A program made the translations under genes and the position numbers. A stretch of 64,000 bases of DNA from an uncultured Mycoplasmatota bacterium (lineage in GTDB: Bacteria > Bacillota_I > Bacilli_A > RF39 > UBA660), in contig URFW01000001.1 of NCBI GenBank assembly GCA_900547225.1, positions 49,106-113,105 on the forward strand, given 5' to 3'. This document shows positions 18,086 to 27,569 of this stretch, piece after piece. The number at the start of each line of letters is the position of its first letter. Position 1 is the stretch's first letter. The notes beneath the pieces are model-generated. The model was not told the origin of the DNA. It saw only the letters and a program-made list of their open reading frames with translations, and did no database searches.

Positions 18086-20071
18086 ATGGAAAATAAAATG
18101 AACAATAATAAAACAGACATTAATAAAACTAAATACAGGTATTTTTTAGATAATGCAAATAAATTTTTAAGTAAGACTGCTATTACATATGCAATACCAA
18201 TAGAAAAAGGTCCGACAGATGAAGATTCTGTAGATTTAAATAGAATATATAAAGATGTTAAAATTTCAAAAAGAAAATTAATTGAGCAAATAAATATGAC
18301 AGCTGATGCTTTATGGATGATGGGAATAAGAGAAGGGGATATAGTTACAATATGTTCTTCAAATACACCTGAAACAATATATATGGATTATGCTTTAAAT
18401 AAAATAGGTGCAGTTCCTAATTATATATATCCTAATCTTACTGCTGACGAAATGAAATATTTCTTTGAGGAATCAAAAAGTGAATATGTGTTTATGCTAG
18501 GTGAACCTGAAATTAAAAAAACAGTTTTAGAGGGTGCTAATAATACAAGTGTTAAAACAATAATAGAAGCATCTGCTATTGAATCATTTCCAGAGTTGTT
18601 TAAGATGATTGCTAGCAAGAAAAATAAAACAACTGATATAGATGATGATAGGATTTTGAAATGGAAAGATTTTATTAGGTTAGGCAAGGAAAATAAGGGT
18701 GTTTCACAAGAGTGTAAGTATGATGAGAATAAAATGAGCTGTCTTATGCATACAAGTGGTACAACTAGTACACCAAAGGCAGTTATGCAATCTAATAAAA
18801 ATCCGAATGCAATAGTTAGAAATTATGAATTATCTGGCCAAAAGTTTGAGCCAGGGAAACGTTATCTACAAGTGCTTCCAATATTTGTTTCTTTTGGTAA
18901 CTCTACATTTCAAGCAATGTTTTGTAATAATGTTGAAATAGTAATGATACCTGAAATGAATCCTAAAAATTTTCCTGGATTGATAGAAAAATACGAACCA
19001 AATTATTTGACAGTAACACCATCTCATTGGGCAGCTCTTCCAAAAAGTAAGAGAATAGCCAACAAGGATTTAAGTTTCTTTGAGTTAATAGGAACTGGTG
19101 GAGATGGATTTGCTAATATAGAAGATAGAATAAATAGTTATTTAAGGCAACATGGTTGTAATATTCCTATAACCGATGGATATGGATCAACTGAAGTTTC
19201 CGCAATAGCCTTATCTAATTTAGTTAGTTCATATAAAAAGGACAGCCTTGGTAAACCAATGGGTAATGTAAAGGTTGGTATATTTGATCCTGAAACAGGA
19301 GAAAAGTTAGGGGTAGATGAAGTTGGAGAAATTGCTATTTCTGGTGATACGGTAACATTAGGATATTTTAATGACCCAGAAACAACTAGTAAAGTATATA
19401 GAAAACATAATGATGGTAATATATGGGTTCATATGGGAGACTTAGGTAGAATAGATAGTGACGGATTTGGACACTACGAAGGAAGAATTAAAAACGTAAT
19501 CGCTAGAAGATCATTTAAGTTCTCACCACTAGCAGAAGAACAAAAGATAGAATCACATCCAAACGTTGATAAATGCTGTATAGTAGCTATGCCAAGTAAA
19601 GAAGAAGGACAAGTACCAAGTGCGCATATAACTCTTTTCGATTATTCTAAACAGGAAGAAACTTTAAGTGAAATAATAAAAATGTCTGGAGAAATCCAAG
19701 AATTACATAGACCAATTTCTTATAAAATAAGAAAAGAAATGCCAAGAACGAAAAATAACAAATTTAATTTAAATGCTTTAAAAATTGAAGATATTGCTTC
19801 AATGTTTAATGGAGTTATGAGCGCTGAAATAACAGCCTTAAATGATTCAAATTATGATTATAAATTAGAAATAGAAATAAATCCAGAATTAAATTCTGAA
19901 TTACCAAATAATATGGATGGTATAGAAGATAGTATAAGAAAATATGTAACAAGTATGATGATAAGTGAGAAAATCGCTAGATGTAATATTTTATATAACA
20001 TTAAAATAGTGAACAAAAAATATGTTGACTCTGGAGTTCATAGAGAAAAATCATATGTAAAGGCGTTGTAA
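18086..20071 (+). CDS. AMP-binding (ANL family) acyl/aryl-CoA ligase-like enzyme with C-terminal extension
   Basis: AMP-binding signature MHTSGTTSTPKAV, plus DGYGSTE and GDLG..D motifs. An extra C-terminal region of roughly 100 aa has unknown function. Confidence 0.8.
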   Translation: MENKMNNNKTDINKTKYRYFLDNANKFLSKTAITYAIPIEKGPTDEDSVDLNRIYKDVKISKRKLIEQINMTADALWMMGIREGDIVTICSSNTPETIYMDYALNKIGAVPNYIYPNLTADEMKYFFEESKSEYVFMLGEPEIKKTVLEGANNTSVKTIIEASAIESFPELFKMIASKKNKTTDIDDDRILKWKDFIRLGKENKGVSQECKYDENKMSCLMHTSGTTSTPKAVMQSNKNPNAIVRNYELSGQKFEPGKRYLQVLPIFVSFGNSTFQAMFCNNVEIVMIPEMNPKNFPGLIEKYEPNYLTVTPSHWAALPKSKRIANKDLSFFELIGTGGDGFANIEDRINSYLRQHGCNIPITDGYGSTEVSAIALSNLVSSYKKDSLGKPMGNVKVGIFDPETGEKLGVDEVGEIAISGDTVTLGYFNDPETTSKVYRKHNDGNIWVHMGDLGRIDSDGFGHYEGRIKNVIARRSFKFSPLAEEQKIESHPNVDKCCIVAMPSKEEGQVPSAHITLFDYSKQEETLSEIIKMSGEIQELHRPISYKIRKEMPRTKNNKFNLNALKIEDIASMFNGVMSAEITALNDSNYDYKLEIEINPELNSELPNNMDGIEDSIRKYVTSMMISEKIARCNILYNIKIVNKKYVDSGVHREKSYVKAL

Positions 20072-20133
20072 AATTAATATATAAAACATTTCTTTAACTA
20101 TAATTTGTGATATACTTAAGTCGGAGGTATAGT

Positions 20134-20820
20134 ATGAATTCAACGATTTTTTTCTCAGCTTGTAGTTTACTTTATTGCATTTTGTTACTTATTATATTTA
20201 AAGTAAAAAATAAAAGCAATAATAAGAAAAGAAATATTTTAAAGGCACTTCTCCTTATAAACCTATTTGGGTTAATATTAGAAGTTTTAGGAATATTCTT
20301 GGGTGGAAATTACGAACATTTTAAACTATTAAATGATATTGTTTTAAGATTGATATTGGTATATTATTTTACTTGGGTGTTTGTATTTATAATATATGTA
20401 ATGGTAATTTCTAGCGAAAATGAGTATGTTAGTAAAAATAAAATGATTATTTGGTCGATATTATACTTAATAGTATTGATAGTTGGTATGGTTTTACTTT
20501 TAGATTATAATACAAGGAATGGAGTAATAATATATACATCTGGTCCAGCAATAAACGTTGTATACTTTTATTCTTTATTTTGCGATGCTATTGGATTGCT
20601 TTTAATGTTTAAGAATGCAAAAGAAATAAAAGGTTCTAAATATGTCCCACTTTTTGTATTGATATCTTTTGGAACTATAATATCAATGATTCAATCTTCT
20701 CATCCTGAATTGTTGTTATCGTCTACTATGCAAACGTTTGTAACGTATATAATTTACTTTACCATGGAAGATAGTAAAGCAAAAGAAGCAGTAAAAAAAT
20801 TAGAAAAGGAAAAGAAGTAA
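20134..20820 (+). CDS. Polytopic membrane protein, function unknown
   Basis: About 6-7 TM segments. ATG 20134 follows SD GGAGG. Confidence 0.5.
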   Translation: MNSTIFFSACSLLYCILLLIIFKVKNKSNNKKRNILKALLLINLFGLILEVLGIFLGGNYEHFKLLNDIVLRLILVYYFTWVFVFIIYVMVISSENEYVSKNKMIIWSILYLIVLIVGMVLLLDYNTRNGVIIYTSGPAINVVYFYSLFCDAIGLLLMFKNAKEIKGSKYVPLFVLISFGTIISMIQSSHPELLLSSTMQTFVTYIIYFTMEDSKAKEAVKKLEKEKK

Positions 20821-20850
20821 TGCTTTTCTTTTTTAAGGAGGATGATTAAG

Positions 20851-21045
20851 TTGCAACAAAATGTAGAAAATACAATTAACTTATTTGACAAATTATCCAT
20901 GAAGTATTACGGATATTTATATACTGCTTCAATCGCAAAAGAAGCAGCATCAGGAAAAGAAGGTAATGGTGGAATCCTAATAGTAGGTATGATTATAGTT
21001 ATAGTAGGACTAATAGGATTTATATTAACTAAAAATAAAAATTAA
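20851..21045 (+). CDS. Small membrane-anchored hypothetical protein
   Basis: Has a C-terminal TM helix. AAGGAGG abuts ATG 20842 with zero spacing, so TTG 20851 (9-nt spacing) is preferred. The start is uncertain. Confidence 0.35.
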   Translation: MQQNVENTINLFDKLSMKYYGYLYTASIAKEAASGKEGNGGILIVGMIIVIVGLIGFILTKNKN

Positions 21046-21069
21046 CAGAAATAAAGTTTCTGTTTTTTT
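21044..21069 (+). terminator. Rho-independent terminator
   Basis: AACAGAAA-TAAAG-TTTCTGTT followed by a T-run. Confidence 0.6.
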
Positions 21070-21123
21070 ATTGTAATAAAATGATATAATAATATTGATA
21101 AGTGTAAGGAAAGTGTTTAGTGT

Positions 21124-21876
21124 ATGAAAAAGAAATTAATGATAGTATTTTTATTTTTTGCTTTGTTAATTGTTATTTGTCTTATTTTACTTTATAAAGA
21201 TCAAAGGATTACTGTTTTAGGATATCATGATTTTACAGAAGGTGATTCCGTTAGTAATATGCAGATGAATATAAAAAAATTTGACAAGCAAATGAAATAT
21301 TTAAAAGACCATAATTATAATACAATTACTCTTAAACAAATGGATTGTTTTATAAATAAGACTTGCAAAATACCTAGAAAATCTGTTTTAATTACGATGG
21401 ACGATGGGTATAAATCTAATTATGATTTAGCATTTAAAGTACTTAAGAAATATAATTTTAATGGGGTAGTATTTTATATGGGAGTAAATTATAATGGTGG
21501 AAATGAAAACTATATGGATTTAAATATGATTAAGGAAGCTAAAAGAAAATATCCCAACATAGAATTTGCATCTCATTCTTATGATTTACATCATGAAAAT
21601 GATTATTTACTAAGTTATGAAGAAATAAATAATGATTTTAAAAAGATGAATAATGTAATTGATACTAAATATTTTGCGTATCCTTATGGGCATGTTAGCC
21701 ATAACATAGAAAAGGCTTTAAAAGACAATAATTATAAATTAGCATTTACATTTGGTCCAGGAAAAAATCATAGAAAAGTAAAATTAGGTGATGATAAATA
21801 TCATTTGCCAAGACTATTTATATCAAGTGATATGCCTTTTTGGAAGTTTATATTAAGACTGGTTATACCTTATTAA
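21124..21876 (+). CDS. Polysaccharide deacetylase (NodB/CE4 family), membrane anchored
   Basis: TMDDGY and HSYDLHH motifs, with an N-terminal TM. Confidence 0.8.
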   Translation: MKKKLMIVFLFFALLIVICLILLYKDQRITVLGYHDFTEGDSVSNMQMNIKKFDKQMKYLKDHNYNTITLKQMDCFINKTCKIPRKSVLITMDDGYKSNYDLAFKVLKKYNFNGVVFYMGVNYNGGNENYMDLNMIKEAKRKYPNIEFASHSYDLHHENDYLLSYEEINNDFKKMNNVIDTKYFAYPYGHVSHNIEKALKDNNYKLAFTFGPGKNHRKVKLGDDKYHLPRLFISSDMPFWKFILRLVIPY

Positions 21877-21894
21877 AATATGAAAGGATAAGTT

Positions 21895-22293
21895 ATGAAA
21901 TCAGAGATTATTGTAACCGGAATTTTGAAGTGTGATGATTTATTTTTAATAGTTAGAAGAAGCAAAAACGATGATTTTTATCCAGGATCTTGGGAATTTC
22001 CTGGAGGTCATTTAGAAGATGGTGAGACTTTAAATGAAGCACTTAAAAGAGAACTTGAAGAAGAAATAGGATACACTTTGGATTCTATTCCTATTATTAC
22101 TAATTATTTTGATGAAGTAAAAACTTTTGAAAATAAACTTGTTCATAATTTAGAAATAGATTTTATTATTACTGTGGATAAAACAAAATTAAACATAAAA
22201 CTAAGTAATGAACATTCTGAGTATAAATGGGTTAAAAAAGATTCTAGATATTTAGATAATTTTATAAAAAATAAATTAAAGAATATTTATTGA
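21895..22293 (+). CDS. NUDIX hydrolase
   Basis: Nudix box GGHLEDGETLNEALKRELEEEIG. Confidence 0.85.
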   Translation: MKSEIIVTGILKCDDLFLIVRRSKNDDFYPGSWEFPGGHLEDGETLNEALKRELEEEIGYTLDSIPIITNYFDEVKTFENKLVHNLEIDFIITVDKTKLNIKLSNEHSEYKWVKKDSRYLDNFIKNKLKNIY

Positions 22294-22453
22294 CAAAGAA
22301 ATAAAACTATAATATATTATTAGTGTAAATTGCTAAGAGAAAGGAGTGTGATTAATATGAAGAATTTACAAATTATAAGTAATGCAGAATTAATCATGGC
22401 TCCTATCTATTTTAGTTTATAATAGATAAATTTTTGATGTCCTAGATTTTAAG

Positions 22454-22477
22454 TTCTGCATTATGCAGAATTTTTTT
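22454..22477 (+). terminator. Intrinsic terminator/attenuator 22 nt upstream of the ASCH-deaminase gene
   Basis: TTCTGCA-TTA-TGCAGAA followed by T7. Confidence 0.55.
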
Positions 22478-22499
22478 AATAGAGAAAGGGACAAATAAA

Positions 22500-23240
22500 A
22501 TGATAATAAAATTAAATATTAATGATAGGGCAGCTCTTGCTATGAAAAATGGTACAAAAAAAGTAGAAATAAGAGCGGGTGCTAATTATGATAAATTAAA
22601 TTATGGAGATATAATTGAATTTAGTAGTAATAATTTAGGTAAATTTTATGTTAAAGTAGAAGGTATTAATCATTATAATACTTTAGATGAATTATTTACT
22701 CTTGAAGGAACTAGATATACTGTATCATCCACAAATGATAAGAAAGAAGCTATCTTAAATGTGGAAAAAATAGGAGATTATAAAAACATAATAAAAGAAA
22801 ATGGTGTTTATGCAGTTCATATTAAGTATTTATATTCGGAAAATACCGTATGGGAAGAACTATATGATAAGGCTAAAAACATAAGAGACGATAGAGAAGT
22901 ATCAGGTATGATTAGTGCAGGATGTGTTGGAGCGGCAATACTTACTAAAGGTCATAATATATATACTGGAGTTTGTATTGATACAGCATCATCTTTAGGT
23001 ATGTGTGCTGAAAGAAATGCTATAGCAAATATGATTACAAATGGTGAAAATGAAATAGTAAAATTAGTTTGTATTGATTCAAAAGGAAATATAGGCTTTC
23101 CTTGCGGTGCATGCAGAGAATACTTAATGCAACTTTCTAAAAATAGTAAGAATATTGAAATATTAAAAGATAAAGATAACAATGAAATAATTAAATTAGA
23201 AGAATTAATCCCTAATTGGTGGGGATATGATAGAGTATAA
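22500..23240 (+). CDS. Fusion protein: N-terminal ASCH (PUA-like) domain plus C-terminal cytidine/blasticidin-S-type deaminase
   Basis: ASCH-like N-terminus (KKVEIRAG...GDIIEF). Zn-binding CAERNA and PCGACREY motifs in the C-terminal half. Confidence 0.75.
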   Translation: MIIKLNINDRAALAMKNGTKKVEIRAGANYDKLNYGDIIEFSSNNLGKFYVKVEGINHYNTLDELFTLEGTRYTVSSTNDKKEAILNVEKIGDYKNIIKENGVYAVHIKYLYSENTVWEELYDKAKNIRDDREVSGMISAGCVGAAILTKGHNIYTGVCIDTASSLGMCAERNAIANMITNGENEIVKLVCIDSKGNIGFPCGACREYLMQLSKNSKNIEILKDKDNNEIIKLEELIPNWWGYDRV

Positions 23241-24320
23241 ATGAGAAATATAGAATTAGTTATACCTAAATTAGAAGAATATTCTTATGAAGAAAAATTA
23301 AAAAAAGATCCTAATACAATGAGTTATAATGCTGGGTATGATGTTAAATATTCTGGTTATCATTATGATACTGGTTGTATTAATTTTACTGTGGATAAGT
23401 GGAAGGATGCTTATGATAAAAGAATAAAGGAAAATAGATATTTTGCATACATAAAAGATTTTGATATTAATGAATATGTTGGATATGTTAATTACCAATA
23501 TGATAAAGAACAAAATATTTATGAATGTGGTATTTTAATTGAATATAAATATAGAGGTAAAGGTTATTCTAAAGATGCTTTAAAATTACTTATAAAAGAA
23601 GCTTATAATAATGGCATAGAATACTTATACGATACTTTTGAAAAAGATAGAGAAAATACATTAAAATTATTTTTAGACGTTGGATTTAAAATATATAAAG
23701 AAGAAACTTGGAAGAAGTTTAATAAGGATGTATCAGGAGCTATTGTTAGAATAAATACAAGTAGTATATTGCCTAATATTTCTAAGATAAGAAGTATATA
23801 TGATGTTTTTTCTTTTATGGAAAATAATATTAGATATGGATGGTTAGATATCAATAAAAATATTCATATTGGAAACATGAAGAATTTTAGAAAGTTATAC
23901 AGAACTATGACTATTGATGAGATACTAAGTTATGGTATTGGTACATGTATAGATCAAGTTTATTTGATGCACTATATTTTAAATAATATAGGTATAAAAA
24001 ACAAGATGTTTGCGACTAGAATATATGAACCAGATGATTTTGATGATTTAACAAAAGAAGAACATATGCATTGTTTTATACTTTGCTATGCTAATGATAA
24101 GGTTTATCATATAGAGCATCCTAATTGGTATGAAAAAGGAATTTATGAATATAAAAACGAAGATAAAGCACTAAAAACAATAAATGAATATTATGTAAAA
24201 CTATCAAATGGAATTTCAAGACCAATAACTGAATTTTATGATGTTAAGCCAAATATGTCATTTAAGGAATTTAATTGTTATATAAATAGTTTAAATTGTA
24301 ATCATAATTATGATGTTTGA
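23241..24320 (+). CDS. GNAT acetyltransferase fused to a transglutaminase-like/papain-like Cys-His domain
   Basis: GNAT core (YRGKGYSKDALKLLIKEA). C-terminal GIGTCIDQV ... HMHCFIL ... HIEHPN arrangement. Confidence 0.55.
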   Translation: MRNIELVIPKLEEYSYEEKLKKDPNTMSYNAGYDVKYSGYHYDTGCINFTVDKWKDAYDKRIKENRYFAYIKDFDINEYVGYVNYQYDKEQNIYECGILIEYKYRGKGYSKDALKLLIKEAYNNGIEYLYDTFEKDRENTLKLFLDVGFKIYKEETWKKFNKDVSGAIVRINTSSILPNISKIRSIYDVFSFMENNIRYGWLDINKNIHIGNMKNFRKLYRTMTIDEILSYGIGTCIDQVYLMHYILNNIGIKNKMFATRIYEPDDFDDLTKEEHMHCFILCYANDKVYHIEHPNWYEKGIYEYKNEDKALKTINEYYVKLSNGISRPITEFYDVKPNMSFKEFNCYINSLNCNHNYDV

Positions 24321-24332
24321 GGTGTTAAAGAA

Positions 24333-24815
24333 ATGGAAATAATAGAATACAATGATAAATATTTAGAAGATGTTAAAGATTTACTAGTAGAATTAGAAGA
24401 ATATATACTGTCCATAGATGAAGATGCATTAGACCAGTTACATAAAGAATACAGAGATAAAATGGCTATCTTAGATTTAAAAGAGGTAAATGATAATAGT
24501 GGTAAATGCTATTTAATGATAGATGGTGATAAAGTAATTGGATTAATTATGGGATATGTTAGGGTTTATGATAAATATGATTATTTAGATTACAAATGTC
24601 CAAAATGCGGTAAAATATCAGAATTAATTATTTCTAAGCATGCAAGAAGTAAGGGTGTAGGCCAAAAACTAATTAAAAAAATGGAAGAATATTTTAAACA
24701 AATAAATTGTGAATATATCTTAATAGATGTTTTTGCTTATAATAAAAATGCTATTAAATTTTATAATAGGCAAGGGTATCATACAAGGGAGATTATTAAT
24801 ATTAAGAAGATATAA
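24333..24815 (+). CDS. GNAT family N-acetyltransferase
   Basis: ARSKGVGQKLIKKMEE acetyl-CoA binding motif (Q/RxxGxG/A). Confidence 0.8.
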   Translation: MEIIEYNDKYLEDVKDLLVELEEYILSIDEDALDQLHKEYRDKMAILDLKEVNDNSGKCYLMIDGDKVIGLIMGYVRVYDKYDYLDYKCPKCGKISELIISKHARSKGVGQKLIKKMEEYFKQINCEYILIDVFAYNKNAIKFYNRQGYHTREIINIKKI

Positions 24816-24839
24816 AAAATATGAATGGAGACATAATGA

Positions 24840-25340
24840 ATGAATAGTTATAAATGTGTAATAGCGGATAAAGATTTAATTATAAAAAAATGGGATTGTG
24901 AAATAAAAAAACATAATAATTCAAAATTATGGATACAGTTTAAAAAAGAATCACTAAAAAATTTAGATACAAGAATTGTCTATATGGGATTATTAAATGG
25001 TGAAATAATTGCGGAAGCAACAGCGATAGTTTCTGAATATGATTTTAATATGCAAAATAAAGATGGTTTAATAGGAGATAAAAAAGCATATTTAACAGCA
25101 TTTAGAACGAATAAAGAATATGAAAACAAAGGATACTTTTCTAAACTTTATAAATTTATGGAAAATGATTTAAAAAAAAGAGGTTTTAAATATTTAACTC
25201 TTGGAGTAGAACCTTATGAAATAAGAAATATACAAATATATTTTAAATGGGGCTTTATAAAGTATATAAAGACTGATTATGAATATTATTCATCTGGTGA
25301 GAAAGTAATTGTTAATTATTATGAAAAAACATTGAAGTAA
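24840..25340 (+). CDS. GNAT-like acetyltransferase
   Basis: Size and the YENKGYFSKLYKFMEN motif A region. Confidence 0.6.
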   Translation: MNSYKCVIADKDLIIKKWDCEIKKHNNSKLWIQFKKESLKNLDTRIVYMGLLNGEIIAEATAIVSEYDFNMQNKDGLIGDKKAYLTAFRTNKEYENKGYFSKLYKFMENDLKKRGFKYLTLGVEPYEIRNIQIYFKWGFIKYIKTDYEYYSSGEKVIVNYYEKTLK

Positions 25341-25381
25341 TTATGATATAATTAAAATGAATTTAATAAGAGGTATATACT

Positions 25382-25960
25382 ATGAAAAAAGAAATAGAAA
25401 TAACAGTTAGAGTAAATGTCGGTTATGAAAAACTAGAAGAGGAATTAAAACGAAATAATTTTATAAAAAAAGAAGAATATATAGTAAATGATTCATATTT
25501 AATTAATAGTTCAATAAATATAACAGATATGAAAAGTTTAGATATACTTAAGAAATGTGTTTTAGTAAGAGATATAGTTGGAATTTTAAAACAGTTATTA
25601 TATAAATATAAAAAATATGATAGTAATGGAGATATAATTGAACAAGGGAAAATAAAATGTCCTGTTACTGATATAAATAAAGCGATGGAATTTATGAATG
25701 CTATAGGATATGAAAAATTATTTGATATACATGATAAATGTATAGTTTTTGCAAATGATAAAACCGAGTTAGTTGTTCAACTAGTTAATGATAAATATAT
25801 TTTTATAGAAATGGAGTCTGAACCTCAATATATTAACAGAAAATATGAAAATGTAGAAGAATTAAAAGATGATATATGTAGTTATAATCTATCAATAGAT
25901 AAATCTAATTTCTTTGTAAAAAAGGCAGAATTAATTTTAAATGAAACGTTAAATAGATGA
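25382..25960 (+). CDS. CYTH-domain protein (CyaB/thiamine-triphosphatase-like)
   Basis: N-terminal EIEITVRV (ExExK-like) and later VLVRD, LLYKYKKY and IFIEME strands in CYTH order. Confidence 0.5.
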   Translation: MKKEIEITVRVNVGYEKLEEELKRNNFIKKEEYIVNDSYLINSSINITDMKSLDILKKCVLVRDIVGILKQLLYKYKKYDSNGDIIEQGKIKCPVTDINKAMEFMNAIGYEKLFDIHDKCIVFANDKTELVVQLVNDKYIFIEMESEPQYINRKYENVEELKDDICSYNLSIDKSNFFVKKAELILNETLNR

Positions 25961-25975
25961 TAGGAGATGATGCAT

Positions 25976-26530
25976 ATGAAAAAGATAGTTTATGTAACAG
26001 GAAATTGGTCTAAACTTATGAGTGCTAAAAAAATATTAGAACCGCTTGGTATAGAGGTTGAAAACGTTAAAATGGAAACAACGGAAATTCAGGCGGACTC
26101 AACTGAGGAAATTGCAATACATTCTGCAAAAGAAGCAAGTGATAAGTTAAAATGTGCTGTATTAAAGAATGATACAGGTTTGTATGTTGAAGCATTAAAT
26201 GGCTTTCCAGGACCATATACACATTATGTTGATGAAAAAATAGGAGAGGATGGATTGTTGAAACTTCTTGATGGGGTTCAAAATAGAAATGCATGTTTTA
26301 TTGAAGCATTTGCATATTGTGAGTATGGCAAGGAACCTGTCGTATTTAAATCTGTGACAAATGGTAAAATAGCTAGAGAAAAGTCTGGAACTTATGGTTG
26401 GAGTTGGGATTTTATATTTATACCAGATGGATATGATAAAACTATGGCAAATTATCCTGACGATGAAAGATGTTTTATTTGGAATACTGATGCATATAAT
26501 AAACTTGCTGATTTTTTAAAAGAAAAATAA
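25976..26530 (+). CDS. Non-canonical purine NTP pyrophosphatase (Ham1/RdgB/ITPase family)
   Basis: VTGNWSKL...E..ADS...A..KA, then FPGPYT. The third ATG (25976) has proper spacing from AGGAG. Confidence 0.8.
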   Translation: MKKIVYVTGNWSKLMSAKKILEPLGIEVENVKMETTEIQADSTEEIAIHSAKEASDKLKCAVLKNDTGLYVEALNGFPGPYTHYVDEKIGEDGLLKLLDGVQNRNACFIEAFAYCEYGKEPVVFKSVTNGKIAREKSGTYGWSWDFIFIPDGYDKTMANYPDDERCFIWNTDAYNKLADFLKEK

Positions 26531-26540
26531 TTTATAAAAT

Positions 26541-26591
26541 AAAAAATTCAATCTATAGATATTTAAGTATATCTTATGGATTGAATTTTTT
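26541..26591. terminator. Long bidirectional hairpin terminator
   Basis: AAAAAATTCAATC ... GATTGAATTTTTT with an internal extension. Confidence 0.6.
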
Positions 26592-26788
26592 AATTGTTTA
26601 TATTTCTTTCTAAAGAATAAAAACTTTTATTTCCAAAAATATATTCACCTACAATTTTCTTTTTAAAATCAGTATATTTATTATTAGGCATAAAAACAGA
26701 ACCTTTTTCTTAAGATTCTATTTTATATGTAACTAGTTTTTTTAGTGTACAAAATGGGTTTACTTCTTTTTCTAATGCTTTGGTTTTA

Positions 26789-27286
26789 TCATTTTGTTGA
26801 ATTTAAGAATTCTTTACATTTATGGAAGAATGCAACTTGGTCATTTGTTAGTATCTTGAGTTTTTCCATTTTATTTAGTTCTTCGATTGAAAACCATTTT
26901 ATTTCTGTTAGTTCTTCTTTTTGTATATTTAATGAATTGATATTGATATCCATATGTACGTAATACATTTTATAACACTCATCTCCATCGCATCCACTGT
27001 TAAATTCCATTATTTTTTGATTTGAAATATCTAGACTTAATTCTTCTTTTACTTCTGTGATAATTCCTTCATATGGTGTTTCACCGCTTTTAGGGTGCCC
27101 ACCAGTTACTCCCCAGTTTCCACCCTTTTTTTGCACTCTCTTTTGCATTAAAAATTCTCATTTACTGTTTTCAATTGCAATCATGACAACCATAGGATAG
27201 TATCCATTTGGTATTTTATCACCCTTGTAATAAGTTAAATCGGTTTTATTGCTATTGATGTCATATAAATCTCTTTTTTCTTTCAT
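26789..27286 (-). pseudogene. NUDIX hydrolase interrupted by a single in-frame TGA
   Basis: The frame is continuous over 498 nt: MKEKRDLYD...VVMIAIENSK-TGA-EFLMQKRVQKKGGNWGVTGGHPKSGETPYEGIITEVKEELSL (Nudix box). The stop is at 27158-27160 on the minus strand. The ORF track shows only the downstream 119 aa. Confidence 0.7.
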
Positions 27287-27471
27287 ATTAATCTCTATTC
27301 CTTCCATTTTGTTGAAAATACATATACTGTGAACAAAATCATTTTTTTAAATTGTTCTTCAACTTAATTTTATTATTAATAATTTTATGTGTCAAGTTTG
27401 TTGGAGTTATAAAAAATGTGGTTATTTTATGATTCTTGGTAAAATATATGTTAAAAAACAATTTAAAGTTA

Positions 27472-27500
27472 TTGACTTTCAAAAAAAAATATAGTAAATT
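27472..27500 (+). promoter_or_regulatory. Putative sigma-A promoter of the RiPP cassette
   Basis: TTGACT, 17-nt spacer, TAAATT, about 70 nt upstream of the precursor ORF. Confidence 0.4.
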
Positions 27501-27569
27501 CTAGGTAGATAATTAGTTATTGGCAGTATTTATAGTAGCAATTATCAAATATATTATAAGGAGGTTACT

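Noticed and set aside
26600-26692. A short minus-strand ORF (MPNNKYTDFKKKIVGEYIFGNKSFYSLERNI) downstream of the NUDIX pseudogene.
   Set aside because: It is likely a chance ORF or a gene remnant in the spacer, with no motif, a poor SD, and a position between two terminator-like structures.
26745-26963. A plus-strand 72-aa ORF overlapping the 3' part of the NUDIX pseudogene.
   Set aside because: It is a shadow frame of the minus-strand Nudix-box-containing ORF, with no SD and a hydrophobic low-complexity translation.
27158-27160. The in-frame TGA of the NUDIX gene as evidence for genetic code 4 or 25, or for selenocysteine.
   Set aside because: TGA clearly terminates other well-supported genes in this window, for example at 4161-4163, 4614-4616 and 11629-11631 on the minus strand. 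No SECIS-like hairpin was seen downstream.
27387-27491. A Cys-containing 34-aa ORF (MCQVCWSYKKCGYFMILGKIYVKKQFKVIDFQKKI) just upstream of the RiPP precursor, considered as a possible second precursor.
   Set aside because: It has no SD-like sequence before the ATG, it overlaps the putative promoter of the cassette, and it has no KGDGW-type motif. It could be revisited if conserved in relatives.
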